From positions 22,278 through 86,277 of the IMG/VR virus record IMGVR_UViG_3300012663_001722: a stretch of 64,000 nucleotides of DNA; one strand, given 5' to 3'. The translations under genes were made by a program, and so were the position numbers. This document shows, piece after piece, positions 26,154 through 35,925 of the stretch. The notes beneath the pieces were generated by a model, which saw only the letters and a program-made list of their open reading frames with translations, was not told the origin of the DNA and made no database searches. This DNA is from a virus. Lineage: Duplodnaviria > Caudoviricetes. The number at the start of each line of letters is the position of its first letter. The stretch's first letter is position 1.

Positions 26154-27551
26154 TTATTCAACAGTGAAATCTTTAAAGTCATTGACCTTACGCGATTTAT
26201 TAGAAAATGGGCTGCTTACAACTGGATTTGAAGTTGGGCTTGCAGCATTAATTAGATTTGCTGTAGGATCTGCAATATCGTAGAGCCTCATTTTTGCTCG
26301 ATCAAGACCAACGGTAAATCTCTTATTTTTGGATATATCATTATAACGATTTTTAAGTTGTTTGATCATAAGCTGACCCATGCTTTCAAGCTGTTCAGTG
26401 CTTAGCAATGCAAGAAATAGATCTGCGGTGGCTGGCAAACCGAAGCTCTCACTTGTATCTGTAAGCTCCATATCACTGCTGCTTGCACCTTGTCGATTTA
26501 CTTGTGTTGCAGTCCAGATTGGCACGTTATTTTCAACAGCAAGGCCTCGCAATTCTTCAGCAATTGCTTTTACAAGACTATATGTATTTACACCGCCGCT
26601 TAGACCTTTGATTCTGCTGCTTGCACAAATATTTAAATAGTCAATAAAGATTACATCGGCTTTGAAATTCTTTTTAAGAGCTAGCTCGTTTATAAGAGCT
26701 CTAAAATGTCCAGCATGTGCGCTTGCAGTGGGATATTCCTTAATAAGAAGTTTGCCTCTTGTCTTTTTAGCAAGATCGCCTATCTTACTTGAGAAGCTGC
26801 TTTCACTGAGATTTTTTAGTTGATCAATTCGAGTATCAAGCAGATTGGCATCAATACGCTCAGCAATGCGCTCTTCTGCCATTTCCATAGTAATATAAAG
26901 CACATTCAAGCCTTGTGAGAGATATGAACTTGCAAAGTGACACATAACCAAACTCTTACCAACGCCAGTGCCAGCCATTAGTAGGTTTAGTGTCTTGCGA
27001 CCTACTCCACCGTTTGTAATGGTATTGAGCATATCAACATCAAAAGCAATCTTATCTTCTTTTTTATGATAAAAGTCATAGCGAGCAGCAGCATTGTCAA
27101 TATAATCATGACCAACGTTTGTATCAAAGCAAACACTAAGTGCACTGCTTAGCAACTCAGGGATCATGCCTTCTGTTTTATTAGATCGCTTGCCATCAAT
27201 AATAGCAATGCTCTCCATCACGGCATTAAAAACTGCTCGATCTTTACACCATTTTTCGGTGTTTTCGAGCAACCATTCTCTATCTGTTTCAAGTGGAGTT
27301 GCAAAGCCAGTTAGATGTTTTGCAATCTCAGAGATATGTGGACTATTGACAATATCTGCAGTCTGGCATTCAACAGCCAGACTTGTCGCATTTGGTCTAT
27401 TATTATATTTTGTGATATATGCCTCAATGAGTTTAAAAGTTTCCTTTGTTGCTCCTTCAAAATATTCTGCCTTTAAATGCGGCAGCGCAGTTCTGCAAAA
27501 TTCTTCATTTGTTACGAGATTATTAAGAATGATTTCTTCAATGCTGTGCAT
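26154..27551 (-). CDS. 41: replicative DNA helicase gp41
   Basis: AGTGVGKS, YITMEMAE, LIKEYPT, FIDYLNI, ATQVNR, SESFGLPATAD, KNRY. Confidence 0.97.
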   Translation of the reverse strand: MHSIEEIILNNLVTNEEFCRTALPHLKAEYFEGATKETFKLIEAYITKYNNRPNATSLAVECQTADIVNSPHISEIAKHLTGFATPLETDREWLLENTEKWCKDRAVFNAVMESIAIIDGKRSNKTEGMIPELLSSALSVCFDTNVGHDYIDNAAARYDFYHKKEDKIAFDVDMLNTITNGGVGRKTLNLLMAGTGVGKSLVMCHFASSYLSQGLNVLYITMEMAEERIAERIDANLLDTRIDQLKNLSESSFSSKIGDLAKKTRGKLLIKEYPTASAHAGHFRALINELALKKNFKADVIFIDYLNICASSRIKGLSGGVNTYSLVKAIAEELRGLAVENNVPIWTATQVNRQGASSSDMELTDTSESFGLPATADLFLALLSTEQLESMGQLMIKQLKNRYNDISKNKRFTVGLDRAKMRLYDIADPTANLINAASPTSNPVVSSPFSNKSRKVNDFKDFTVE

Positions 27552-27819
27552 ATTTTTCAGTTAAAATGTTGTGTAGTATTTTGTTCATAATTGTTTTAAA
27601 ATCGTCATCTCTGTCCAATTCAGATGTGCATTCATAGAGTTCATTGCCATTCTCGATTTTAAAACTATAGTGCAATGTAGCACTATCTTCATTCTCAGTT
27701 ACGCTTACGCTTGAGTAATAGTATTTAATGCCAGCATATTCACCAGTTAGTAATTCAATGCTAGTGTGCTTTTCATCATGAGTGCTTGGCACTAATTTAT
27801 AATGTTTGTTTTCAATCAT
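27538..27819 (-). CDS. 40: gp40-like head vertex assembly chaperone
   Basis: Sits between uvsX and 41 as in T4; ...IEL..GEY.G..Y.Y..V...DF...M..IL..IL. Confidence 0.55.
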   Translation of the reverse strand: MIENKHYKLVPSTHDEKHTSIELLTGEYAGIKYYYSSVSVTENEDSATLHYSFKIENGNELYECTSELDRDDDFKTIMNKILHNILTEKYAQH

Positions 27820-27826
27820 AAAATTA

Positions 27827-27845
27827 GGGGAGACATTGTCTCCCC
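27827..27845 (-). terminator. hairpin downstream of uvsX
   Basis: GGGGAGAC-N3-GTCTCCCC followed by TAATTTT on the minus strand. Confidence 0.55.
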
Positions 27846-27857
27846 TTTAGGTTAAGA

Positions 27858-28895
27858 TTAATTTTCTTCTTCTTCGAAAAGGGCTACACCGCCAAGTTTA
27901 TAGTTTTGTTCAATCTTGTCTTTAAAGTTAGTTTGATTAAACAGCAGATCCCAGAATTCTTTATTATCTGTATCAGCTGCTCGCAAGTTGCCAGTCAATG
28001 GGCTTGCCGTTTCAGGATCATATGCCATATACCAACCATTTTTTGGTTTTTGCACATAGCCAAGTTTAAGCGCGAGATCAAGCAAGCCACTCCATTTACT
28101 TACGCCATGTTCATAGGTAACAAGCAAAGGAATCTTACTGCCCTCGCGAACTGTTCGACTCTTTTCAATCTTGATATTGAACTTGAATCCAATTAGATCA
28201 GTGCCATCTTTTTCTTGTGAACGGCTAATAAACCAAATTGCATTTGCACCATAATATGCACCTTTACCACCACTTAGAATAGTCTTGCCATACATCTTTT
28301 GCTCTTCATAGGTATGTCCAATTGCAATCATTGGAATATCTTTGAGAGTAAGATATGGCGTAATCATTCTGAAAAGACCTTTGAGTGCTTTAGCTCTGCT
28401 CATATCAGCAGCACTATTTTCGCTAATTGCATCATCAATTTCTTTTTTACTTGCGATGTTACCAAAGCTATCAAGAATAATAAAGACTTTTTCTTTTTTA
28501 TCAATAGCTTCAAGCTGATTAACAATGTCGAATTTAAGCTCTTCAATATTTTTTACTGGAATATGAAGCACTCGACTTGTATCAATGCCAAATGTTTCAA
28601 AATAGCTCTGTGGACTGCCAAACTCACTATCATAAAACATCAATACACCATCATCATTTGCTTTTAGCCATGCTGCTGCCATAAGCAAGCTTAATGTACT
28701 CTTAAAGCTTTTGCTATCACCAGCAAAAATGGTTAATCCATTCGTAATGCCTCCATCAATCTTTCCACTTAGGCCAACATTTAGCATTGGCACGCCAACA
28801 CTAATTAACTCCTTTGCTTCAAAGAATGACGAATCAGCCAACACTTCTGCCTCTTTAACTCGGCAGTTCTTTTTTAGTTTCTCTAATAATGACAT
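27858..28895 (-). CDS. uvsX: RecA-like recombinase UvsX
   Basis: GDSKSFKS, FYDSEFG, ILDSFGN.ASKKE, DMSRAK, IGHTY, SGG.G..Y.A. Confidence 0.95.
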   Translation of the reverse strand: MSLLEKLKKNCRVKEAEVLADSSFFEAKELISVGVPMLNVGLSGKIDGGITNGLTIFAGDSKSFKSTLSLLMAAAWLKANDDGVLMFYDSEFGSPQSYFETFGIDTSRVLHIPVKNIEELKFDIVNQLEAIDKKEKVFIILDSFGNIASKKEIDDAISENSAADMSRAKALKGLFRMITPYLTLKDIPMIAIGHTYEEQKMYGKTILSGGKGAYYGANAIWFISRSQEKDGTDLIGFKFNIKIEKSRTVREGSKIPLLVTYEHGVSKWSGLLDLALKLGYVQKPKNGWYMAYDPETASPLTGNLRAADTDNKEFWDLLFNQTNFKDKIEQNYKLGGVALFEEEEN

Positions 28896-28899
28896 ATCT

Positions 28900-29271
28900 C
28901 TATCTTATACTGTTTTTTTCGTATTGTACACCTAATTTTCTATTTAAAAAGTCCCTATCAGGACTTTGACCTTGCATTTGTCCTCGCGAATATTCAACGG
29001 CAAAGCTACAATAGTTAATAGTATCTTTAAAACTGTCTTCAATACTCTCAAAGTTTGGAGAGTAGTTTGGATCATGTTGCATCGCTTCAATGACACTACG
29101 AATACGCAGCATTTTAGCCCAAACAATATCAAGCAGTGTGCTTACTCCATTTGGATAATAGTCAGCTTGTTGAATGCTGCTATATGGATTCTGATAATCA
29201 TTTCCCTTTTTGAGTTGTAATTCTACACACTCTCGTAATACCTTTACGCTTTCTTTTTCTTCTAGTCTCAT
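28900..29271 (-). CDS. DUF1599-like / nucleotide-modification-associated helical protein
   Basis: LQLKKGNDY...KMLRI.SV...FESIEDS..D.INY; start moved to 29271; adjacent to gp42. Confidence 0.65.
   Translation of the reverse strand: MRLEEKESVKVLRECVELQLKKGNDYQNPYSSIQQADYYPNGVSTLLDIVWAKMLRIRSVIEAMQHDPNYSPNFESIEDSFKDTINYCSFAVEYSRGQMQGQSPDRDFLNRKLGVQYEKNSIR
28902..28931 (-). promoter_or_regulatory. sigma70-type promoter for uvsX (leaderless)
   Basis: GTGTAC-N18-TAAGAT-N6-ATG. Confidence 0.7.
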
Positions 29272-29272
29272 G

Positions 29273-29953
29273 TTATTTTTGTTTATAAATTTCTCCAGTT
29301 TTTGCATAGTGTTCAACAAGATAAAACTGTCTTTCGTATAGATGTAAATTACCAACTTGCCAGACTATATCTCCAGGCAAGATGCCAAGATCATCAGCTA
29401 GTGCATGCTGAACGTGACATTGCCATGCATAGTCGTTGCGATAGCCAGCCCATGCATCATTGCTTCGCATCTGCACAACTGTTTGCAATCGACCATCGCG
29501 AATTTGATATTGTACTGTATTTGTACAAATGAAATCGCTCATGCCATCTGTATTATATTCATAGTGCATACTTGGTCGAGTATAGATCATAACAGCGCGA
29601 CGGCTATTAGGATTAGTTCTTAATTCAAGCAATACGTTTTGATATTGATTATAGTTCTTTTCGTGCCAAACCAAATAGCCATAGTTGCTATTAATATATC
29701 CACCTTTACTTGCTACTTGTTGCCAGATCTTTGGCACATCACCCGGAATATCATCTACTCTTAGACTTTGAGAGAGATACCATGCCAGTTCGCGTGTGAC
29801 ATAATCTTCGTTGACTTCACCGAAAATACTTGGCTCATCAGCAATAAAACTAGCGCCCAATATTTCGATTGTTTTGCAACCAGTCTTATCAGTTGTAAAC
29901 TGTCCTGAATTATAGGCAGTTAAAAAATTATTTCTTATATCTGTTATCAACAT
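29273..29953 (-). CDS. 42: dCMP hydroxymethylase gp42
   Basis: Colinear with T4 gp42 as recalled: DKTG.KTIEI.GASF.ADEP, PKIWQQVAS, INSNYG, IYTRPSM, SDF.CTNTVQY, MRSND..G.RNDYAWQ (Asp at the dCMP-specificity position); start moved to 29953. Confidence 0.88.
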   Translation of the reverse strand: MLITDIRNNFLTAYNSGQFTTDKTGCKTIEILGASFIADEPSIFGEVNEDYVTRELAWYLSQSLRVDDIPGDVPKIWQQVASKGGYINSNYGYLVWHEKNYNQYQNVLLELRTNPNSRRAVMIYTRPSMHYEYNTDGMSDFICTNTVQYQIRDGRLQTVVQMRSNDAWAGYRNDYAWQCHVQHALADDLGILPGDIVWQVGNLHLYERQFYLVEHYAKTGEIYKQK

Positions 29954-29957
29954 AGAT

Positions 29958-30371
29958 TTATACATAACGGTTAATTGTTGCACGATTATCAAGCAACATG
30001 ATCATATAACGACGATCGAATTCTTGGATCTTTTCAATTGCTGCGCGCAAATTTTGTTCATCAATTTTGCCGTGAATATATTCCAATTCAGTTTCAATAA
30101 GCCAATTGACCATAAGCTCACGATCATTATTTAGATATTCGATAAATTCTTCAAAATCTATACGAGTTTGATCAGCTGGCCAAATATAATCACCAGCTAA
30201 AGTTTCTGTTACATGCTTATAGAAAGTTTCACCTGCTTTAAACAAATGACATCTAATGTCATCGTTTTCTGCGACAATGAGACAATCAATTGCATTTGAC
30301 AATTCATGGCTTGTTGTTTGCATCTCTTTTGTTTTTATCATATTGTTATGGAATGTATTATAGTCTATCAT
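29958..30371 (-). CDS. hypothetical protein
   Basis: ORF in the gene string; start uncertain. Confidence 0.6.
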   Translation of the reverse strand: MIDYNTFHNNMIKTKEMQTTSHELSNAIDCLIVAENDDIRCHLFKAGETFYKHVTETLAGDYIWPADQTRIDFEEFIEYLNNDRELMVNWLIETELEYIHGKIDEQNLRAAIEKIQEFDRRYMIMLLDNRATINRYV

Positions 30372-30398
30372 GTTTTTTGTATTTTGTAAATCATAAAA

Positions 30399-31343
30399 TC
30401 ATATTAAAACGCTTTCAATTGCCCAATTAAGAGCTCTTTGGCTTTCAGTATGCAAATCTCGGCTTTTATACCAGCCTCCAGTATCGGCGTCAAGTTGTTT
30501 AGCAATCATTTCAAGATCATATGCACTTATATCAAAGCCGCGTTTGAGGGCATTTGCGGCTGTTGAGCAGAGTATAAGATACATCTTATGATACCAACCA
30601 CTCGTAGTTAGTGCTCGATATTCTGCAACTGCTTTTTTATTAACAAACGGACAATCAACATAGCTGCTCCATTTAGCATTGCGATTTAAACGCTGACGCT
30701 GATAATCAAGCAACTTTTGTTTAATCTCATCACTTAGTTGTGCCTTAAAGCTTGTGCTCTTGAAACTATTGTCATTATACTCAACACTTGCGAGAAGTTC
30801 ATCAACTTTAATAGGCTCTCCGTTAAAACTATGGAAAAAACTATATGCTTGTGGATATTGTGCAGGCACATAATACATGCGACTAAGATCTTTAGTTTGT
30901 GGATCTCCTAGTTCATTATATCTCTTATTAAGCGCATACCAAAAATGTTTGATTTCACCAGCTGCGATATCTCGATCACATGCTAAGACTATTCTAAACT
31001 TAGCATGTTCAGCACGACTGCTTGAGCTGTTATAAACCACACACTGACAATCCTTAAAGGTATCAATAACGCTTTGAGCATCACCATTATAGTCATCAAT
31101 ATCGAGTGCAGCCCAACCAGCCCAGCATTCAACATTGACATTTGCTCGTGTTGAATCTGGTTTATAAACAGCTGGACTAATTAGTGGACTGCCCTGTCGT
31201 CTTTCATCGCGTTTGGGTTTATAGCCAGGCTGAGTGTATAGATTATGCAAACATTCAACAAACTGTTCCCAGTTTTCAAACTCACCATGTCGATGAGTCT
31301 TGTTATCAAAAATTGATTTGAATATTGTAAAACCTATTTTCAT
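30399..31343 (-). CDS. archaeo-eukaryotic primase-polymerase-like protein
   Basis: LISPAVY, AALDIDD, YNSSS....KFRIVL, DPQTKDLSRMYYVP. Confidence 0.75.
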   Translation of the reverse strand: MKIGFTIFKSIFDNKTHRHGEFENWEQFVECLHNLYTQPGYKPKRDERRQGSPLISPAVYKPDSTRANVNVECWAGWAALDIDDYNGDAQSVIDTFKDCQCVVYNSSSSRAEHAKFRIVLACDRDIAAGEIKHFWYALNKRYNELGDPQTKDLSRMYYVPAQYPQAYSFFHSFNGEPIKVDELLASVEYNDNSFKSTSFKAQLSDEIKQKLLDYQRQRLNRNAKWSSYVDCPFVNKKAVAEYRALTTSGWYHKMYLILCSTAANALKRGFDISAYDLEMIAKQLDADTGGWYKSRDLHTESQRALNWAIESVLI

Positions 31344-31747
31344 ACAAGTTCAGAAAAACGGCCATGATTGCCGCTATGATTTGGTGGTTGCCAGCCTTCT
31401 GGCTTAATTAAGTCTGGAAGACCAAAGGCATTTGGTCGACTTGCTTTTACGCCAACCTCTTTATTCATATTTGCAGCAAGTACTTCATTCCATGCTGCAT
31501 GACTATCAACACCAAAAAGATCAAGTGTGCCGATCGCGACAACACAAAGATCAATCAATGCATCAACTGTTTCTTCAGAATCACGACGCGTAATTGCTTC
31601 TTGCAATTCAGCTAGCTCTTCTGCTAGAAAGCTTACTCTAAATTTAATAAACTCATGTAGCAGCTCTGGCGAAAGAGTCGCCATTTTAGCTTTTACATTA
31701 TAATGCTCATGCATCTTTTCAATATCTTCTACCCAGTTTTGTGACAT
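31340..31747 (-). CDS. MazG/HisE-like NTP pyrophosphohydrolase (candidate dCTPase)
   Basis: FLAEELAEL...EETVDALIDL..VAIGT...V..ANM.K...LIKPEGWQPP. Confidence 0.8.
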   Translation of the reverse strand: MSQNWVEDIEKMHEHYNVKAKMATLSPELLHEFIKFRVSFLAEELAELQEAITRRDSEETVDALIDLCVVAIGTLDLFGVDSHAAWNEVLAANMNKEVGVKASRPNAFGLPDLIKPEGWQPPNHSGNHGRFSELV

Positions 31748-31769
31748 ATATTTTTTTAGTTATTTGTTA

Positions 31770-34292
31770 TTATGCGAAAAAGTCTTCGAGGCTTGAACGC
31801 TCCTCTGCGCTCCAGCCAATTGCATCAAGAATTAGTTGTATTGGCTCAAGAAACGCCTTTTGAAATTGCATATCAAAGTCAATATAACTTTCAATCTTAA
31901 ATTCAATTGGCAGTTTACCAACAAATGCTATGCAATTTTCTCGTGTTGGATTTTGTGGTCGCAAGAATATGTATTTAATCTTTTCTCCGTTTTTAATCTT
32001 TGGCACATTTTTGCAATTCACTTCATCAAGCAACCAGTTATGCATAAGACATCCACGCACATGCAGCGGTGTGCCCTTTGTATAGATGGTTTTGCGATCA
32101 GCATATTTGCGAACATTAGTAACACCGCGCGGCAATCCAATTTGTTCAGGAGTCATGCTTTCAAACTCACGTCTAAATTTAGCAATTGCATCTTGTGTTT
32201 GTTTTTGATTGCCGCTAATAATAACAGAGAATAGATTTTTCATAGCTTCACGACAAACCTTTGGCGTACTGCTTTTTACTGCTTCAATGCCTTTCATTTT
32301 AATTTTAGGCTTTGCATATTGTACGCCTTCACTGTTATGCACATTCAGAATATATCTTTTCTTTGCAGTCCAGATTGCGCGATCAGCAATAACTTCTCGC
32401 TTCATATTCATAGTATTTTTATATGCTTGAGTCATATCAGCGAGAGTTTTAAATGTTTTTTGAAAAAGAGGCTCAAGTGCCTTGGAACCAAACTCATCAA
32501 GAAATGCTACTGGATTTTTAGGTGAGAATTGATTAACTACGTCTTCAACATTCAAATAGATGCTATCAGTGTCCATTGCAATAACATAGTCTTTAGACTT
32601 TGTGTTTTTCAAAAAGCTATTGAGATATGTATTGATTGCATACTCAGCTTTGTTAATAACAAGCTGGCCAGTAAGTGTAATGCCTTCTGCAATAAGAATA
32701 TCAAAATAGCGGAAATATTTGTTTGCAATAGCACCGTAAAGACTATTCATCAAAATCTTGATACACATCTGCTCAGTATCAAGCCGAGAGATTTCAGATA
32801 CGAGAGCTGGAGACTTTGAGATTTCATAGTCTTGCTGTTTGCCTAACATCTCCTTTTTAATAATCACGCGGCGATTATAAAGCTCTTCAACAATCGCTGG
32901 CAAAAAGCCCTGTTTATCTCGACGAAATGTTGCACCATTTGCGGCAACAGCAAGATTATCTTCTAAGCCATCAATTTTAGATAGAGTCAATAGCTTATCA
33001 GGACCTAATCCACTAATCACGCTATGTCGTACGAGCATTTCGGGACTCATGTTATATTGAATAATGATATTAGGATATAGACTATTCAAGTCGAAGCTTA
33101 GCACCCAATTATACATGCCAGGTTTTGGATCCTTAACATATCCACCAGCATAGTCTTGTGCAAAGCTAGCTCTATTATTTGGTGGTACAGCAATTTTTTT
33201 ATTTGCGAGATAGCGAAAGATAATGCTATCCCAGATACCAACAGTGCCGAGTGTATCGGCATAGTTAACACCGCCAAAATAGGCAAGTGTAAAAACTAGA
33301 TTAAGCAGGCCGAGCTTTTGCTCAAAGCGTTCAATAAGTTCAACGTCAACAACGTTATATTCAACATATGTTTGATAGTCTGTTTCATAGAGATTTTTTA
33401 GACTGCCACTATAATCAACCTTATTTTCGCCAAGCACAACTTCAGCGATATGATCAAGCTTATAACTTTCTTGTTGACCATATGTGTTGAGAGTAAATTT
33501 CTTAAAGAGCTCAAGATAGTCGAGTTGTTGTATGCCTACGATATTATAACCATATTGCTCTTGACCTTTGACAGTGACATTGCGCTCTTCAATTTGTTTC
33601 CATGGACTAAGCTTAAGAACTTCTCCTTCATCAAGCAAAAGACTGCAGCGATTAACAAGATATGGTATATCGAAAAAGTTTGTGTTCCAGCCAGTAATAA
33701 CATCAGGTGTATTATCAGGATCACTCCACCAATCAATAAAGTCTTGAAGCATATCAGACTCTTTGATAAACTCGCGATATTCAATTTTCAAATGGCGAAG
33801 CTTGCTAATTGACATGTCATATTCTTTAAGACCCCAAACAATATAAACATCTTGTCGACTACTCTTAACAGTAATTGTTAGCACACGATTGCTTGCCATG
33901 CGTGCTTCACTATAGCTTCCTTCTTCATCGCAGTCAACCTCAATATCGATATACGCAATATCAATAAAACGCTTGACATAGTCAATCCTATCTGGAAATT
34001 GGCTTTGAATAAACGCAGGAATCCAACGATCATTGCCATAGATCTTAAAACCAGAAATGCCTTCATATTGTTTTGTAAAAGCTCGGGCTTCGCTCATGCT
34101 ATCAAATCGAACTGGCTCCAGAGCTTTGTCATCAAGACTGCGCCAACCGCTTTTTGGATCCTTTGATTCAACATATAGACATGGCTTATATCGAAAGCTT
34201 TCATAGAGTTTTTTACCGCTCGCATCATAGCCTCGATATTTAATGCTATTCATGTGGCGATCCACGTTTGTATAAAAACCAGTTAATGTCAT
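31770..34292 (-). CDS. 43: family B DNA polymerase gp43
   Basis: YIDIEV, GWN...FDIPY, YNVVDV, SFDLNSLYP, KILMNSLYG, DTDS, KKRY. Confidence 0.98.
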   Translation of the reverse strand: MTLTGFYTNVDRHMNSIKYRGYDASGKKLYESFRYKPCLYVESKDPKSGWRSLDDKALEPVRFDSMSEARAFTKQYEGISGFKIYGNDRWIPAFIQSQFPDRIDYVKRFIDIAYIDIEVDCDEEGSYSEARMASNRVLTITVKSSRQDVYIVWGLKEYDMSISKLRHLKIEYREFIKESDMLQDFIDWWSDPDNTPDVITGWNTNFFDIPYLVNRCSLLLDEGEVLKLSPWKQIEERNVTVKGQEQYGYNIVGIQQLDYLELFKKFTLNTYGQQESYKLDHIAEVVLGENKVDYSGSLKNLYETDYQTYVEYNVVDVELIERFEQKLGLLNLVFTLAYFGGVNYADTLGTVGIWDSIIFRYLANKKIAVPPNNRASFAQDYAGGYVKDPKPGMYNWVLSFDLNSLYPNIIIQYNMSPEMLVRHSVISGLGPDKLLTLSKIDGLEDNLAVAANGATFRRDKQGFLPAIVEELYNRRVIIKKEMLGKQQDYEISKSPALVSEISRLDTEQMCIKILMNSLYGAIANKYFRYFDILIAEGITLTGQLVINKAEYAINTYLNSFLKNTKSKDYVIAMDTDSIYLNVEDVVNQFSPKNPVAFLDEFGSKALEPLFQKTFKTLADMTQAYKNTMNMKREVIADRAIWTAKKRYILNVHNSEGVQYAKPKIKMKGIEAVKSSTPKVCREAMKNLFSVIISGNQKQTQDAIAKFRREFESMTPEQIGLPRGVTNVRKYADRKTIYTKGTPLHVRGCLMHNWLLDEVNCKNVPKIKNGEKIKYIFLRPQNPTRENCIAFVGKLPIEFKIESYIDFDMQFQKAFLEPIQLILDAIGWSAEERSSLEDFFA

Positions 34293-34298
34293 GTCACT

Positions 34299-34328
34299 AT
34301 ATTACCACAAATTTTATCATTTGTAAAC
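34299..34328 (-). promoter_or_regulatory. sigma70-type promoter for gp43 (leaderless)
   Basis: GTTTAC-N18-TAATAT-N6-ATG. Confidence 0.8.
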
Positions 34329-34330
34329 CA

Positions 34331-34357
34331 AAAAAGCACTGCTTAAGCAGTGCTTTT
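34331..34357. terminator. bidirectional intrinsic terminator
   Basis: AAAAAAGCACTGC-TTAA-GCAGTGCTTTT. Confidence 0.75.
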
Positions 34358-34382
34358 GTTTTAAGAATATTGGAACTTAATA

Positions 34383-35036
34383 TTATTTAATAGTTTTGCC
34401 AAACAATAGTTCCTTTGCTTGCTCTAATATTGTTTTTCCACTATAATGAGATTCGTTTTTCATTTTGGAGATTTTGGCTAAATCAACAATGGATCTTTTT
34501 AAGCCGCTCATATCGGCAGGAGACTGCAAATATAGCTTGCCAATATTTTTTAGTGCAGAGGCAGCAACTGTTGCACGTGTTCTAACTCCATCTTTTTCTT
34601 TTTGCAATATTAGATTAAGAAGATCTTTGCCTGCGACTAGTGGTTTTAAGTATTTGGTAACATAGTTAACTGTTAAAAAGTCAGTTTTTACCCCTTTATC
34701 ATTTTCTAGGCCATAGCTCTTTAATTTAGCTTTCGTAGCTGCACTTTCATTATTAATAATCTCAGTAAGAGCAGCTAATGCCTCTTTATAATTATTTTTG
34801 AAAAATGTTTTTGCGATACTATTAATTAGGGCATTGCTATCTTTTAGACACTTAAGAAGTGCATCAGCATAATATTGATTCATATCATCAACTGAGATTT
34901 CTGTTTTCATAATACCAGCTTTTGCCTTTGATGCAGACTTTAATAGATCCTCTGAATCACCAATAAATTGTTCTGTAGCATCTTGATAAGCAACGGCAAT
35001 ACTTTTTATTAATTTCTTATATTGATCTTTTTCCAT
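34383..35036 (-). CDS. hypothetical late helical protein (217 aa)
   Basis: ORF with TATAAATA-N7-ATG. Confidence 0.7.
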   Translation of the reverse strand: MEKDQYKKLIKSIAVAYQDATEQFIGDSEDLLKSASKAKAGIMKTEISVDDMNQYYADALLKCLKDSNALINSIAKTFFKNNYKEALAALTEIINNESAATKAKLKSYGLENDKGVKTDFLTVNYVTKYLKPLVAGKDLLNLILQKEKDGVRTRATVAASALKNIGKLYLQSPADMSGLKRSIVDLAKISKMKNESHYSGKTILEQAKELLFGKTIK

Positions 35037-35057
35037 ATTATCTTATTTATAGTTTTT

Positions 35058-35480
35058 TTACTTTTTAACTACTCCAATTTTATATTTGGCTTCAAGACTC
35101 CATTCACTCTTTTCGCGATATGGTACAATCTTGATGCTCTTTAGGCTGCTAACGTTATTAGCAATCTTATTGCGATCAACAATAGTGCATAGTCCCCAAT
35201 CGTGCAGCAAGCTTGCAATTGCATTACGACGAGCAATGTCATCGCTACTCAATGTGCTAGGCTTGCCATCAAGCATAAAGAGCTCTTTGAAATGGCAGAT
35301 ATAATAACGACCTTGTTTATGCAAGATGTGACAGCTTTGCCAAAGTTTCTTTTCTTCGTTTTTACTTGCGACACCAATACGTGTTAGCGTCTCTTTAACC
35401 TTCAAGAAATCATCTGGCTCTTCAAGTGAAATCTCTAGCATCCAGCTACTATTCCATTCATAATCTGATTGTGTTGTCAT
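35058..35480 (-). CDS. regA: translational repressor RegA
   Basis: LEI.L.EPDDFLKVKETLTRIGVAS...LWQSCHILHKQGRYYICHFKELF.LDG...RRNAIA.LL.DWGL; start moved to 35480. Confidence 0.95.
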   Translation of the reverse strand: MTTQSDYEWNSSWMLEISLEEPDDFLKVKETLTRIGVASKNEEKKLWQSCHILHKQGRYYICHFKELFMLDGKPSTLSSDDIARRNAIASLLHDWGLCTIVDRNKIANNVSSLKSIKIVPYREKSEWSLEAKYKIGVVKK

Positions 35481-35493
35481 GTTACTATTTATC

Positions 35494-35925
35494 TTAACAT
35501 TTTCCTCCAACATTCATAGCAAGTCGCAATTCTCGCAAAGCATCCTCTCCGAAGAGAGGCAATACTTCTCGAGCTTTTTGACTGCTATAGCCATAGCGAC
35601 GTTTGATTAGTTCAACATCATCGCCGTCTGGCAATGCCTTGAACCATTTACTAAAACGTTTGCGAGGCCTCAGACTATGTCGATAAAAATCATATGACAT
35701 TTTTGCTGGCAAGTCATGATGAATATTCATCTCATTTGCAAAGAGTATGCTATCTTGAAAAAAGCTTAATCCGCGATTAATCATAAACGAGTTATAAGCC
35801 TTTTCATTCTCAGAGACTGTCGCTTCTGTTGGAGTAGCAGTGCTATCACACAACAAATCATCGACCTTTGGGCCACTATTAATATTTGTTAAAATATCAA
35901 AAAAGTTAATTGGTTTTTTACTCAT
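35494..35925 (-). CDS. 62: clamp loader small subunit gp62
   Basis: YNSFMINRGLS.F.D.I.FANEMN...YDFY...RPRKRFSKW...YGYS..KA. Confidence 0.9.
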   Translation of the reverse strand: MSKKPINFFDILTNINSGPKVDDLLCDSTATPTEATVSENEKAYNSFMINRGLSFFQDSILFANEMNIHHDLPAKMSYDFYRHSLRPRKRFSKWFKALPDGDDVELIKRRYGYSSQKAREVLPLFGEDALRELRLAMNVGGKC

